From the NCBI GenBank assembly GCA_013265495.1, contig MU058153.1:1-64000 (forward strand): a stretch of DNA of 64,000 bases. Direction: 5' to 3'. This document shows, piece by piece, positions 51,283 through 63,613 of the stretch (its first letter is position 1; the number at the start of each line of letters is the position of its first letter). Source of the DNA: Vicugna vicugna (Eukaryota). The position numbers and the translations under genes were made by a program. The notes beneath the pieces were generated by a model that saw only the letters and a program-made list of their open reading frames with translations, made no database searches and had not been told where the DNA came from.

Positions 51283-54200
51283 CCCTGTTGTCTCCTTCCA
51301 AGTTCCTGAGTATATAGTTGGTGCCAGGACACAACCTACCAGCACCCCCAGAGAGGTGCTGTAATCTATGGAGTGGTGATTATTATGTCAGGAAAGGTCA
51401 AGGAAGGAGCACTGGTGCTAACCCTTTCTACCAAAATGGTATGTTTGAACCAGTATTTCACCTCTGTGAAACTTGACAATTTGTGCCACCATCAAAAAAA
51501 TGTAAAGGTGAAGATAGGATGATTTCTGTTTTTTAAAAATTCTCTCTAAGTCTCCAGCTTGGGTGCAGAGGATAGGCAGTTCCTAGAAAAAAGACCTGAA
51601 ATGATTGCAGATTTCATGCTGCAGGTTAGATTCCTCAGGAAGCAGAGGCTGAGATGGAATCGCATGCTAAAGTGTTACGATCTGTCACCGCTGTGAAAAG
51701 AAAGGAGGAAGAAATAGGATTGTGCAAGGACATGATGCGGATCTGACAAAAGTCCACCAACCTTACAGGAAGCTCCAGGGCAAAGACTGCCCATTAGAGA
51801 AGTCCCACGTTAGGCAAAAATGGCCAGGCGATCTTGCCACCCATCACCTGGCTAAGTCATTGACTTAAGGCCACCCTGAGAGGAGTAGAGTATAATCTCA
51901 GCTCAGTGAAAATGAAACCTGAAGCTGCTACCAGCTGGAACCACGCCCCATGAGGCTGGGCAGCAAATCCTTCCTTGAAAGGGGACCTGGGAGGAGCATC
52001 TCCATAGCTCCTGCACTTCTTTGAGGGTAACTGATTGGAGCTACTGCTCCAGATACAGTATCCTCATTTGAGAAATTCAGAATAATCACTGGCATCTGGA
52101 TACAGCTGTTGGCCTGATATTGTTTTCCTTTATCCTAGTAAACTGAAAATACTGAGTTATTCTGTAGTTATTTGGCTAAAAAGACACTACACCTTTCCTA
52201 TAATATATCAAGATTATGTCATCTTTTTAGCTTTGTATCAGTTTAGCCAGCTACTGCCTTCAGTATCTCATCAATCCATAGAACATTATGGAGGTTGATT
52301 CAATGATGTCTTCATGTTGGTAGGATCTTAGCGGGAATAGCTGATACCCTAGATATTTCAGGGTGACATGTGCACATAATAAGGTTAGAGATAAACTTCA
52401 CTATAGATCCATATGACCTCAGGGAAGTTTCTGTGAATCCAATAATCTTGGACATATTGAAATATCACCTGCAATGTCTAGAACATCACCTTGCCCCCAT
52501 GCTAAAAAATATACCCAATAATTGGTATGCATATTTGAGTTTTGAGAGCGAAATATACCACATTTTGGTATGCTGCTCTGATAAATTTATCAGATGACCT
52601 GAACTGCTTCCAGTTTGGGGGCTGAGAAACTAGGAAATGAAAAGGTATTCCAGTAGGTAAATGAGCAAGCAGTACTGCTAGTTGGCCCTTATGGATGGAG
52701 AGACCCAGGAGTGCTTGAACTGTCTGGGGAAGATGGAGATGTTGTATTGTACCTGTGTCATGCTCCAGTAGTGGGTTCCCAGTAGAGGTCTTTGTGATTC
52801 TGGAGCAAAATTGTGCTATCTTTTAAACTTAACTTCCCATCATTTAACAAAATAGCTTTTCTCCCCTATGAGAAACTAAGACAAAACAAGTATCTAATTA
52901 TGACATACCAATGGCCATGTAGCTCAAGTTGCCAATCATAAAATGCTTATTATTTGATCCATTAGTTTTTCAGATTGGTTGTGCCTATTAACCTTTAATA
53001 ATCATGTGAAAGTGATGGAGTCAAATCCAGAAGGTAGTGAAAATGCAGGATTGCACATATTTTCTACAGGCTGATCCTGGTCCAATGCCATCACTCCTTT
53101 AACATGTAATCATAGCCTCGTGGGGAGTCACTTCTGACCAGTTGTCTAAGGAGGAAAAAAAATCAAGAGTGGTTTAGACATAGGTCTGCATGATAATTTG
53201 CATCCAGTGGAAGTTGACTGCTAACACATGCTAAGGCTAATCGGGTACTGAAAAACGGTGGGAAAGGAAAATGCTCCTAGTGATTCATTAATAGTGAGAT
53301 AATGATTTGGATAAATGGTCAAGGACTTGGAAGAAGCTAGAGTTCATGGCAAAGATACCTGTGGAAGATTTCTATGGATGGATGGATCCCTTGAAATGGA
53401 CCCATGATGTTATAATATTTATTTTCCAAATAAAATTTTAATAAGTACCCTTCCTGTGAGGTTAGTAAGAAGCGGTCAACCAGGGAATAGCTTCTTCAGA
53501 GATTGCTCAGTAGTCTTGTAAACTCAGTATACTATGCATGGGTTCAGTAATATGGGCTTCCCTTCACAAAGTTGATTTCTCTTCTGCTACCATTCAACTT
53601 ATAATCAATGGCAGCCAAACTTTGGCCTCCACATGATATGACTCAATAGAAGAAAGAAGCCACTCAGCAACAGTTTGATTGTGATGAATCCCCATTAATC
53701 AGATAGGAAATGTTAATTCATCTTAAGTTGAAACACACCTGAGCTGATATTTGCTTCTTCTAGGTCATTATTATTTTTTGCCTGAAGTGCCATCTGAAAC
53801 TAATCAAAATCCTTATTATGTTAGCCTATGCAAAGTGAACTCACTTTTCAAAGAAAAAGTGAAGCAATGATACCTGTAGGAATCACTAGTCTTACCATAT
53901 CCTCATCAACCAAGGAGACAGACTTGAGGAATGCTAGAATGGCAAGGGAGATTCATGTAAGCTAAGGCTTGGAGGTAGCACCTTATAATGTTGGGATGCT
54001 ATGATACAGGATGTGCAGTGTACAGTCTAGTATGTGTACATGAATCTAGGAACCAAGGGACTTCATTAGAAGGCATTCCATTTATCATTACCCCTAACTA
54101 CACCCTAGTGACAGTTTTAGCTTTTAGAATCTGTGACTCTGAGTCCTCTAAGTACAGACATCTTAATGCTCAAAGGAAGAATGCTTCCACCAGAGCACTC

Positions 54201-54530
54201 AACACTGTTCTAGAACACAGATTCTACTAAATTGGAAAGCTAGATACTCTACTTGGACATGCCAGGCTTGTTTTTTCAGTGGACTGACAGAGAGCCCAGG
54301 GATTACAGAGTAAGTTGGCTTATCTTATTAAGGGAAGGTGATGTTGCTGATAAGCAAACAGACATGGAGTAGTCTGGAAACATCTAGACAAGCCTTACTG
54401 GTGTTAACTTATGCTACACCATGAAATATAAAAAGTTAAGACTGCAGCAGGCATACATAGGAAGCACCAATACAGGCTTAGTTAGATTCCTCAAAAATTA
54501 AGTTGTGGTCCCTCAACCAGTTAGTAATAT
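51283..54530 (+). mobile_element. Decayed ERV-L (class III) internal region: protease/RT/RNase H/integrase/dUTPase-like
   Basis: ERV-L pol-like nucleotide motifs 'attatgtcaggaaaggtcaagg', 'tgtgccaccatcaa', 'gctactgctccagat', 'ggcccttatg', 'tgcatgggttcagtaatatgggcttccctt' and 'ggaagaatgcttccaccag...taaattggaa'. No open frame. Confidence 0.75.
51617..52016 (-). mobile_element. LTR16-like ERVL LTR nested in the ERV-L RT
   Basis: 'caggttagattcctcaggaagcagaggctgagatgga...ggaagctccagggcaaagactgccc...tccttccttgaaaggggacctggg'. Confidence 0.8.
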
Positions 54531-55299
54531 CTAAATCATTGTATTGTCTAAAAATTAGCAACTGCATAAGGTTACCTGACTATTTCTTCTCTACTGGGTG
54601 ATGTGACTAAGTGGTGGATGTGGCTTTGCACATAGACAGGCCAGAAAGGCACTGTCTATTTGTGGAATACACTTGTTCAGGGAAAATTACTCCAATGGAA
54701 AGTCTTGGCCATTCTTAGTTCTTGGAAGCAATAATAGGGTCATTTCTCACATGCCTACATGACGTGGTGTGCTCCAGAGAGAGAGAGAGAGAGGCAGCCT
54801 TTGACACCAGAGACATTCTCTCACCCTTTCTTTATGGGACTTGTCAAAAGGCTAAGGCGAAGTGAAAAATAGACCAGCCAGCAACGAGGTGAAAAATGAC
54901 CTTAGGGGTTATGAGTTTCAATCGACTCTGATGATGTCTGGGAGACATTTTCATTATATGATAGTTGAATAGGGGAAAGTGGGCAACTTTTCCTTTTGAA
55001 TAAAATAAATAGCTTAGAATATTTCTTTTTCTATTCCCTGGCTAAGGATCCAAGGCTCTTTTGCACTACCTTTGAAGCCCTTGGGAATTAGTACTCCAGA
55101 GAGATAGATCAAAGAGAAGTTCATTTCTTAGGCAGATGTTTCTGTCCTGTGATGTCTCCAGCAGAAAAGAGTCTCAGAGTTATAACAGTCTATGTTTGGT
55201 AAAGCACTCAGTTGTAAATCAATCCATACCTTCCACCAGATGCCAAGATGAAATAAAATGCTTCCAAACAGCCAATTCATACAAATATCCTTCCATTAT

Positions 55300-55670
55300 T
55301 CCATTTATTTATCCATCCATCCACCAGATAGTCATCCTAGTCAGCCATCTATCCAGCCAGCCAGTCACCATTATGAAATTCATTTATTTATTGAGGAATT
55401 ACAATGCATCTGGCATAATATGCACTTCTGTTGAAAATATGAGAAAAAGAAGCATAAACTAAATAAAAATATCAGCTGTTAAAAAAAAAGAGATCCATCT
55501 AGTCCAACGTTATCTTTGAGAAGGTGAGAAATGAAGGTTCCAAGTAATAGGAACAACATTTTTTATATAGTTATATGAATTTTCCATATAAATTTTGTGG
55601 CAGCCCTAACCAAGCCTTAAAGCAAGTTGGCATCAAAGCCAGGGCCAAGATCCAGGTCACACAACCTTAG
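55300..55670 (-). mobile_element. L2 tail and MIR fragments
   Basis: (ATCC)n-like tail, 'tttattgaggaattacaatgcatctggcat' and 'gagatccatctagtccaac'. Confidence 0.5.
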
Positions 55671-55813
55671 AAAAGGTGTCTGCTCTTTCTGAAGTTATAA
55701 TCTAAATGTGGAGGAAGAACCAACATATGTGATTCAATTCAAAACAATTAAATGATACTGTGTAGATATAATCAGTGTCGTACTCACTGTTACTTGTTTT
55801 GAACTATCTCATG

Positions 55814-56290
55814 GGTCAACTGAAATAAATGTGCAGCCTAAAAATTAAGAGTTGTCTTATTTGGTGGGAGGACTCGAGCCGGGACGACAGCCCCTCAGAT
55901 GGCTCTGAGGGACTGCTCCGAAGAGGTAGGGGAGGTGCTAGGATATATAGGAGGAGCTTTACAACAAAGACCAGGTAGTTGGAACAATAAAAGATTGCTT
56001 GTTATCTAAAGAAAACCAGGCATCTCAAGTTAAAGAATTAGTGCTTTTGTATGTATGAGAGAAAGCAAACATTTGGGCTCATTGAATTCATTGCTTTGAC
56101 AAGCACCTGGCTATCGAGGGCCAGTATCCTGTCCTTTCTTATTCTGTGTCCGCTCGGGGTGCATCATTGTGAGTGGCTGCAGAGGCTGGGCTGCAGGCTT
56201 GTCTTCACTGGGGGATGGCGGGCAGCCGCTGATGACTTGGTTTCAGCATTCTTTGTTTACTGATATGGTTTGCAGTATTTTTCGTTCACA
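55814..56290 (-). mobile_element. Young MER41-like ERV1 solo LTR
   Basis: TSD catg/cgtg (55810-55813 / 56291-56294); ends in CA; CpGs retained; similar to 24150-24622 ('ctcagatggctctgagggactgctcc', 'tgtatgagagaaagcaa'). Confidence 0.85.
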
Positions 56291-58329
56291 CGTGTATGTT
56301 GGTATATATGTAATTATATGTAAATAATAAATTAATCTATAATTTACATAAATTTATATATAAACACACATATATGTAAAATAAATGAGAAATGGGTGTG
56401 GTTTGGTTGTGGAATAATCAAGAAGGCTCTTAAGGAGGTATGAGTGTGGAAATGTGTAGTTTAAGCCAGTGGTGAGTAGGATTTAAATTACTGGGAGATG
56501 CAGGGAAGGATATGAAGTGGAGGGCCGTGGATAGAGTGATTGTGGTGTTGCGTTGGTGGAGCTGTCCTCGTTGCATTGAAAGATGAGAACTGGCAACAAT
56601 TATAAACTTCACAACTCTAATCCTTGGGTTACTATTCAGTCCTTGTTGTCCTTGTGCTAATTCTTAACTCTAGGGTCTCCTGTGAAGAGAGCTTGGTGAT
56701 GTCTCAGGGCAGTGCAGGAGATGTTCAAACTCTCTAAATGAAAAGCAGACCCAGCCCTTCAGGTCTTAGTGGATGGTTTCTCCCAGTGCAATTGGTTTGC
56801 TCTTGCCCACTCAGCTTCTTTCAATATGTATTGGCAAATCATAACAATGTTTACCCTTGTTGATCTGCATAGCAGACCTCTACTAATTCCTAAACTGCAA
56901 ATTAAATGCTTGAGGCTGAATAAGATCAGATTAAAAACTTCACACTTCATGGAGACCAGCTCAGCAGGAGCCGGCAGACTCGTTAAGCCCGTTTAAAGGA
57001 GTGGAACAGGCTGTTGTTGTCTGGCAGCCCATTAGAACAGAAGCTGGAGGAGCCGTAATGTGATATTAAAGCTAATTTCCTACAGGCTGAAAGGTGCCTT
57101 GGACACAATAAATAATAATAATAATATTATATTGTCTTGTCAAAACATGCTTTATACACACATTAATATGACTTATTATTTAACAAGAAGAGTGTTGGCT
57201 ATAATCTCAATGACATCTACCAGAGTTTTATGAAATGGAATTAATATTACAATAGGATCATTTCCTCAGGGGCTTTAATGCAGCAAGAGACTGTTTATGC
57301 CAGAGTGTAAATTGTCTTGAAATATAATTACTCATAATGCCCTTCTGAGCTGTTCTTGTGATACATCTTGTTAGCAAAATCACTTCTCTTGGAAAACATA
57401 AAATAGGTTAGAATTGGCAATTGGAAAGTCCAAAAATGTAACTTTTGGAAGCATATTAATTCATTAATTAATGTATTTTTAAAAAGAAGGGACTAAAATG
57501 CAGCTATTTTAATTGACTCTATGTGGAGTTGGAAGCTCTGGTTCCCTGTGCTTCACCGACATACCTAGCAGGTATTGCAATGATAAGACAAGATGTGAGG
57601 GTGGCTGGAGTGAGATAGCACCAAGAAATATGAAGATACAGGAATGGAGATGAGTAGTATTTTAGTAGGCAAAATCAACAGGCCTTGGTACGTGACCAAA
57701 GTCGGCAATGAGAGAGAAGGAATGACTCCAATTTATGTTTCAGGTAGAGGAGGAAGAAACCATAAAGGTATTAGAGAGGCCACAATGAACTGTGAAGTAT
57801 GTATTGGCACAAAGTTAAAGGAAGAGATTATTTCAAGTTGATGAGAATTCTCAACACTAATATATGTTGATATGAGGTCAAGAAATGCAATTTTTAAGAC
57901 TGACTAAAAAATTCAGTAATAAGGAGGCTCTTGCTGCCCTTGTTATGAACAGTTCCTTAAGGGCTTTGGTCCTAAGAATTACCAGAAACTCCAACAGTTA
58001 AATCTCTTCTCTGCAAGTAGCCGCCAATTTTCCATGGCTAATTACCCTAATAGAAGGGTCCATTGAAGACACTGGATGCCAGCAGGGATGTTATGGTTTG
58101 CCCTCGCAGCATGGGGATTGCATATAAAGCAAAAAATACTGAAGTTCCTTGATAGAGAGTAGACATAAGAATGAAACCAAATATGAGAAAGAATCCAAAG
58201 GCCATTGGCCAAAGAGGAGCCATGGGCTTGGAATATTAATGACAACTCAGAATAGAGTTCTTTTCAGAATCAAAGCATCAGCAGAGCTTGGAGAATTAGG
58301 CAGATGTCTGAAACAATGTCAATTGTTCA

Positions 58330-59010
58330 TTTCATTCTATATCCTTTCCTTGGATCATCTCATCATCATATATGATTTTAATAATAATTCCCAGATTTAT
58401 TCTCCCTACCTATATCTCATTTTTGAGCCTCAAACCCATATATCTAACTAGCCTGGAGGGCCTCTCCTGTTAAATGTTCCACAAACTCCAAACTCCAAAA
58501 ATTCAACCTGCAAAATTGAAGTCATCATCTGTCTCCTTCAAACCTACTTCTCATTACACCATCTCGATTTAATTCGTCTAGTTAGCCAGACAAGTAACCT
58601 AAAGGTCATGTATCTTTCTTTTACATTACCAGCTTCAAATCATGTACCAAATCTTGTTGATTTTGTTTAATAAATGCCAGTCAACTCCATTCATGTATTT
58701 TCAACTTCCTTGACATTATCCTATCTTATGCCACCATTATCTCTTGTCTGATATTTGCAGTATCTGCTTACTTCTCTGCCTATTAACAGACCTGGTTCTT
58801 GACAATCCACCCAGCCTAATGTAGGCAGAATAGTCATTTTAACATGCATAGTTAACTTTGTCATTCTCCTTATTAAAGTTATTCAAAGCCTTTCTCCCGT
58901 GCCCTTAAAATAAGGTCTAATTTTATTCATCCAACCTTACGATTTATAACATGGGCCTTGCTTATCTCTGCAGTGTTTTTCACATGGTTCTTCCCCTTGC
59001 TATATAGTCC
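58330..59010 (+). mobile_element. L2 LINE fragment
   Basis: 'ttcccagatttattc...tgagcctcaaacccatatatctaactagcctgga...ccaccattatctcttgtctg'. The L2 3' end resumes at ~59735-59970. Confidence 0.75.
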
Positions 59011-59014
59011 TTTA

Positions 59015-59730
59015 GCAATGTGGTGGTGAGATGTGGGCAGAAGGGAAGCATTCTGTAGTCCTATGATTAGGATCCCTTTTAGTGAGTCTATACTGCTGGA
59101 CTGTGAAATTCACAAGATTTTCAATGTTTTTCTCCCTGCAAAGACGGAACAGGTTGGCTCGAGCAGCTGGAGTTGGGTATTTCCCTTCTCTCAGATAAAT
59201 GAAGCTTTGATAATACTCCAGCAGGTTAAGCTCTGGTTAACTAGTTTTCCCTCAGGATAGGTCTTATTAAAAGAAAGGAGTGTTCTGGCATATTGCAAAA
59301 TGGTTCTTTTTCCCTTCTCCCTGCCAGAAGCTTGAGGAGATTTTTCTCAGATACTTACTCTGAGAACATGGTTGAGCTCCTGTAATCTCACGATATTTTA
59401 GGGTCCCCTATGACTGAGTCCCCCTGAAGTTTTTCACTCTCATGTTATCCACCACTGAGCATCCAGCAATTCATCGATTTCAGTTCTGGTTTCCTACTCA
59501 GGCGTTGGTTCCCATGGTGTTTTCTGCTCCTGAGTCTCTGGTCCAGTAAGCCATGACTTCCTGAATTCACCTCTCTCCAATCTTGGGGGCAGAGATTTGC
59601 CCTAGGTCCTCCCCTCTCTTATAGATCCAAAAAGAGCTGTTGATTTTTCAGTCTGTTTATCTTTTTATTTCTTGTTGGGATGGAGTGGCTAATTCCAAGC
59701 TTTTTATATACAACACTGGAAATAGAAGTT
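59015..59730 (-). mobile_element. L1MC/L1MD-type 5'-end fragment
   Basis: 'tagatccaaaaagagctgttgatttttcagtctgttt...gggatggagtggctaattccaagct...ctggaaatagaagt' resembles the antisense 5' terminus of old L1M families. Confidence 0.65.
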
Positions 59731-60469
59731 ACTTATTCAGACAAATATTGTTTGTTTCCCCCAGTTTTGATTTATGTGCCTCATTATACATGCTCCTACT
59801 GCACCCTAAACTTCCGCTAAGAAGTTCCCCTCTGGTTGTGTTATAATTAGACTTATTTGCTTCTCTTTCACAGACGTGAGGAATCTAGAGTCATTTATCA
59901 GTGTAAGTCTCAGTAGAGAGCACAATAAGTGAGTGGTTCCCAATAAATGATATTGAATAAGCGAGCAACTGAAAGCTAGTAAACCTTGTCTTGGACTTAA
60001 CAGAAGTCTAACAACACCTTAATCCATGTTTGGTATTTCACGGCAGGCTTTCATCACCCATCAATGTCACACCCAAGGTGGACATCCCTAACTGATGGTG
60101 CCACTCTTTCATTCTGAATCTAAGTAGGACATTATAATCCCTCTAAACATGCAACCACTACCAGCCACCAGGAGTTGCCATGTGGGATAAAACTTATTTT
60201 TCTCCTATGGCTTAGATCACCCAGACTAAATCTAAATTGGTGACTTAATGTTCTTAAATCTCTCCTAGGTTTTTTTTTTGTGCTGCATCAACACATTAAT
60301 ACTACTTCTGTTTAGAAGTGTAAAAAAGCTGCTGCTGATAAAAGTGGGTAATTCTAGATCCCAAAAAAGGCCACAGTTTTTCCAGTGAGGCTAGATGATA
60401 AATCTAACATCTATGCTTGATCTTGGTTGCTGAGACCCTTGACAAGAAATGGAATAAAAACAGGTTATT

Positions 60470-60760
60470 AGAAACATCCATCCATTAAACACATGCATGC
60501 CACAGAGATTTATTCATTATTTGCTGTGTGTTGAGAACTGTGCTGTGGTTACTCTGGTGAATCAAGCATTAGCCATGCCTTTGAAGAGCTCACAGTCTAT
60601 CCAGGGAACATGTCATGTAAGAGACTGATTACAATAACAAGCGATAAGTCTGGTGAACGAGTGACGCACCAAGTCCTGTGGGACAAAATAGGAAGAACCA
60701 GCCAATAATGAGCAAGAAGAAAATCTCCACTGAAGAAGTCATATGAAGTCACGGGGAGCT
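60470..60760 (-). mobile_element. L2 3' fragment
   Basis: 'tttattcattatttgctgtgtgttgagaactgtgct...tgcctttgaagagctcacagtcta'. Confidence 0.6.
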
Positions 60761-60819
60761 CTAGGTGCTCTTCTGCAGTCCTAGCCCATGCCCCTGTCAT
60801 CCAGTCAGGCTCCTTCTCC

Positions 60820-61445
60820 CCTCAAAGACCAGTTCCCTCTGCCTCGTCTCCTCACTTTCAAATGATGGCTTCAATTCCTATTTCACTAGGAAAATAAAAG
60901 TGTCTAGAAAAGAATATCCAGAAGTTTCCAACACTTTGTGATCCCACCTGATCTCATTCCCTTCTAACATCCATCCCCTACCGTGCTCGCTCCACTCGCA
61001 GCGCACAGGCCTCCTCAGTGTTCCTCCAGACACAAGGCCTGGATTCCTCCCTCAGGGCTTCTGCACTTGCTGTTTCCTCTGCCTCAAGCTCTTTCCCCAA
61101 GTGTCTGAAGAACGTGTTCTCTCACATCATTAATATCATGGCTGAACTGCTTGCTACCTGATGTCTAGCGTCTGCCCTGGCTTCCCTACATAAACTGTAT
61201 CTTCTAGCCACAATTTTGCTTTCCCCCAAACCTGCTTTATTTTTCTCCATACCTCTTGCCCCTAATCACGGTCTACAGTCTCTGTCCTGATTAATTTTTG
61301 TATCCTCCCACCCAACTAAAAAATAAACTCCCAGAGGACAGAAACATTAACAGCCTTGTTCGCTGATATCTTCCCATTGTTTAGAACAGAGACTTTAATA
61401 TATTAGATACTCAGTATGTATTTTTGAATGAAAGAATGGATTGAA
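60820..61445 (+). mobile_element. L2 LINE 3' fragment
   Basis: 'ctcagggcttctgcacttgctgtttcctctgcct...ttagaacagagact...tactcagtatgtatttttgaatgaaagaat'. Confidence 0.85.
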
Positions 61446-61946
61446 GGAGTAGGGGCTAGCCCGTAAGTTATGCTCAATAAACAATACTTACTGAAAAAAT
61501 TAATACAAGACAAAGAAATAAATTAATACTGGATAATTTCATACAGTGGAGAGAAAATATCCAAAGGTCATTGTAGAACCTTTAAGAGTAAGTCTTATGC
61601 CTTATAACCTTTGTAGCTTTGGTGTCCGGTAAGCAGTAGATATGCACTGAATAAATGAATGAAAACTAAATGCTATCCATTAAATTGATTAAACCCATTC
61701 AAGTCTGTCAAATCACACTTGAGTATTTAATTATATTGATCAATATTTTCAATAAATACTTTGTGAAAGAGACGTATTGTAGAACTTTCTGCACAGTATG
61801 AGTCCCGTGTGTAAAACAGTATCTTTAGGATAACTATAGACATAGAAAACCAAAAAGATAATTTTTAAAAATCTGTTAACAGTGGTTATCGCTGTGTTAT
61901 GGCACAAAGATGAGTCATCTTATATTTTGTGCATTTCATAATTTCT

Positions 61947-62085
61947 TTTTTTTTTTTTACTTTTTTTTTGGTGGGTAGTAGGTAATTAGGTTTATTTATT
62001 TTTTTAACAGAGGTACTGAGGATTGAATCTGGGACCTTGTGCATGCTAAGCATACACTCTACCACTGAGCTATACCCTTCCCCCA
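61947..62085 (-). mobile_element. tRNA-Ala-derived SINE (camelid vic-1 type) with a 17-bp TSD
   Basis: Minus strand ggggaagggtatagctcagtggtagagtgtatgcttagcatgcacaaggtcccagattcaatcctcagtacctc, with A/B boxes and an A tail. TSD tgcatttcataatttct at 61930-61946 and 62086-62102. Confidence 0.92.
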
Positions 62086-62389
62086 TGCATTTCATAATTT
62101 CTATAATTCCTGTTCTTAAGTCAAAGTAAAAATATTATACAAATCATTTTATGGTATAAAATAAGGAGTGAAGGAAGTAGGAAAGAGAAGGCAACAATTA
62201 GTGGTCTAGCGGTCTGGGGTTTAAGATTACCTTTCACATTAGTGCAGCTTCGTGAACCATTTGAACGGTTGGTATTTATGTGTGGTGCACAAAGGCTGAG
62301 CTGCCATCAGCAGTTTTCTGAATGTCGCTTGAACTCCTGTCAAGTAACGGGATATTCATTCATCTTCATCAGCTATAAATTTGGAATCC

Positions 62390-62720
62390 CAATTCAATTT
62401 AAAAATATTTATTGAGCTCTTAATATGTGCCAGGCGCTCTGCCAGGCACTGGAGCTACAGAGGCAAACAACACACAGTGCATGACCTCAAGGCTTTCCAT
62501 TTAGACAGAGGAGAGACATGTTTGAAAAACAAAAACAAAACAAACGCAAGCAAGCAAACTAAACCCACCAAATTCAGTGCGATTATTACAACGAAGTCTG
62601 TGTGAGGGCAGGGACTCAGTCTGTCTTACCCGCTTTTCATCCTTGGTGCCAAACGTGGTGCCCAAAGTGCAGAAGACCATCAACAGCTGTTTGTTCAATT
62701 TTATTTTGATGAATGAAAAG
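62390..62720. mobile_element. Two L2 3' ends, - then +
   Basis: 'aaatatttattgagctcttaatatgtgccaggc' and 'tgagggcagggactcagtctgtctt...gtggtgccca...tgtttgttcaat'. Confidence 0.75.
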
Positions 62721-63009
62721 TGAAACTGTCAAAGAATTCCCAGGGTAGGCAGTACCAGAATTCCTTCTTCAAATAAAATATTAGTTTCTAATCTTTCTTA
62801 GAAGCAATTCCAAATGTGAATAATTAGGTCTGGTGTAAATGAGCTGTTCTTATATTTGAAGATTGCACTACATGCATGTCTTATTCAGCAGGAATGGGAG
62901 ACTTAACTACAGGTGGAAAACTTCTTCAAAGACTTGCGCAGAGCGCAGATCTGCCTTCCTTTCCATTTTACTAATGGAAATCAGCTGGAGGGCTAAACAT
63001 ACGGACAAG

Positions 63010-63225
63010 ACAGCCTGTAAAGGGAAAAGAGCATGGATTTTGAGTCAGAGCAACCTGGATTTAGCCATGGTGCTCTAATATCCAGCTGGGTGACCTAGAG
63101 TAAATTGCTTACTCTCCCTGAGCTTGCTTCTTGATCTTTAAAAATGAAGGGTTAGATACATCTCAGGGTTATTGTGGAAATTAAATAAAATAATGTGTGA
63201 AATTTTCTATGAAAATTAGAGATAA
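63010..63225 (+). mobile_element. MIR SINE
   Basis: 'gaaaagagcatggattttgagtcaga...agctgggtgacctagagtaaattgctta...ctcagggttattgtggaaattaaat'. Confidence 0.85.
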
Positions 63226-63234
63226 TGAATGTGG

Positions 63235-63613
63235 CGTACTAATTTTCGAGGGCTACCATAACAACGTAGTACAGTTTGAGTGGCTTAAACAGCAGAAATT
63301 TATTTTGCCACAATTTTGGAGGCCAGAGGTCTGAGAGCAAGGCATGGGCAGGCTTGGTGTCTTCTGAGGCCTGTTTCTGCGGCTTGGGAGACGGATGCTT
63401 TTTCTCTGTGTCTTCACATGTCTTCCTCTGTGTTTATGTCTGTGTCCTGTTCTCCTTTTCTCCATATTGGCTTAGGGCTGACTCTAATGATCTCTTTTTA
63501 ACTAAATTACCTCCTTAAAGGTCCTACCTCCACGTAGAGTGGCATTCTGGGGGACTAAGGGATTAGGACTTCAACATATGAAATTTGGGAGGGACACAGT
63601 TCAGCCCACAACA
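63235..63613 (-). mobile_element. MaLR LTR (MLT1A-C-like)
   Basis: 'gtggcttaaacagcagaaatttatt...ggaggccagaggtctgagagcaagg...ttaggacttcaacatatgaa...ggacacagttcagcccacaaca'. Confidence 0.9.

Noticed and set aside
62010..62085. tRNA-Ala gene
   Set aside because: It has a SINE tail, polyA, TSDs and a disrupted acceptor/T stem, so it is a SINE.
62199..62220. tRNA-Glu-like A box 'tggtctagcggt'
   Set aside because: No downstream B box or cloverleaf.
62390..62720. Inverted L2 pair as a miR-28/151-type hairpin
   Set aside because: The tails face outward with a spacer, and the copies are too diverged for a clean hairpin.
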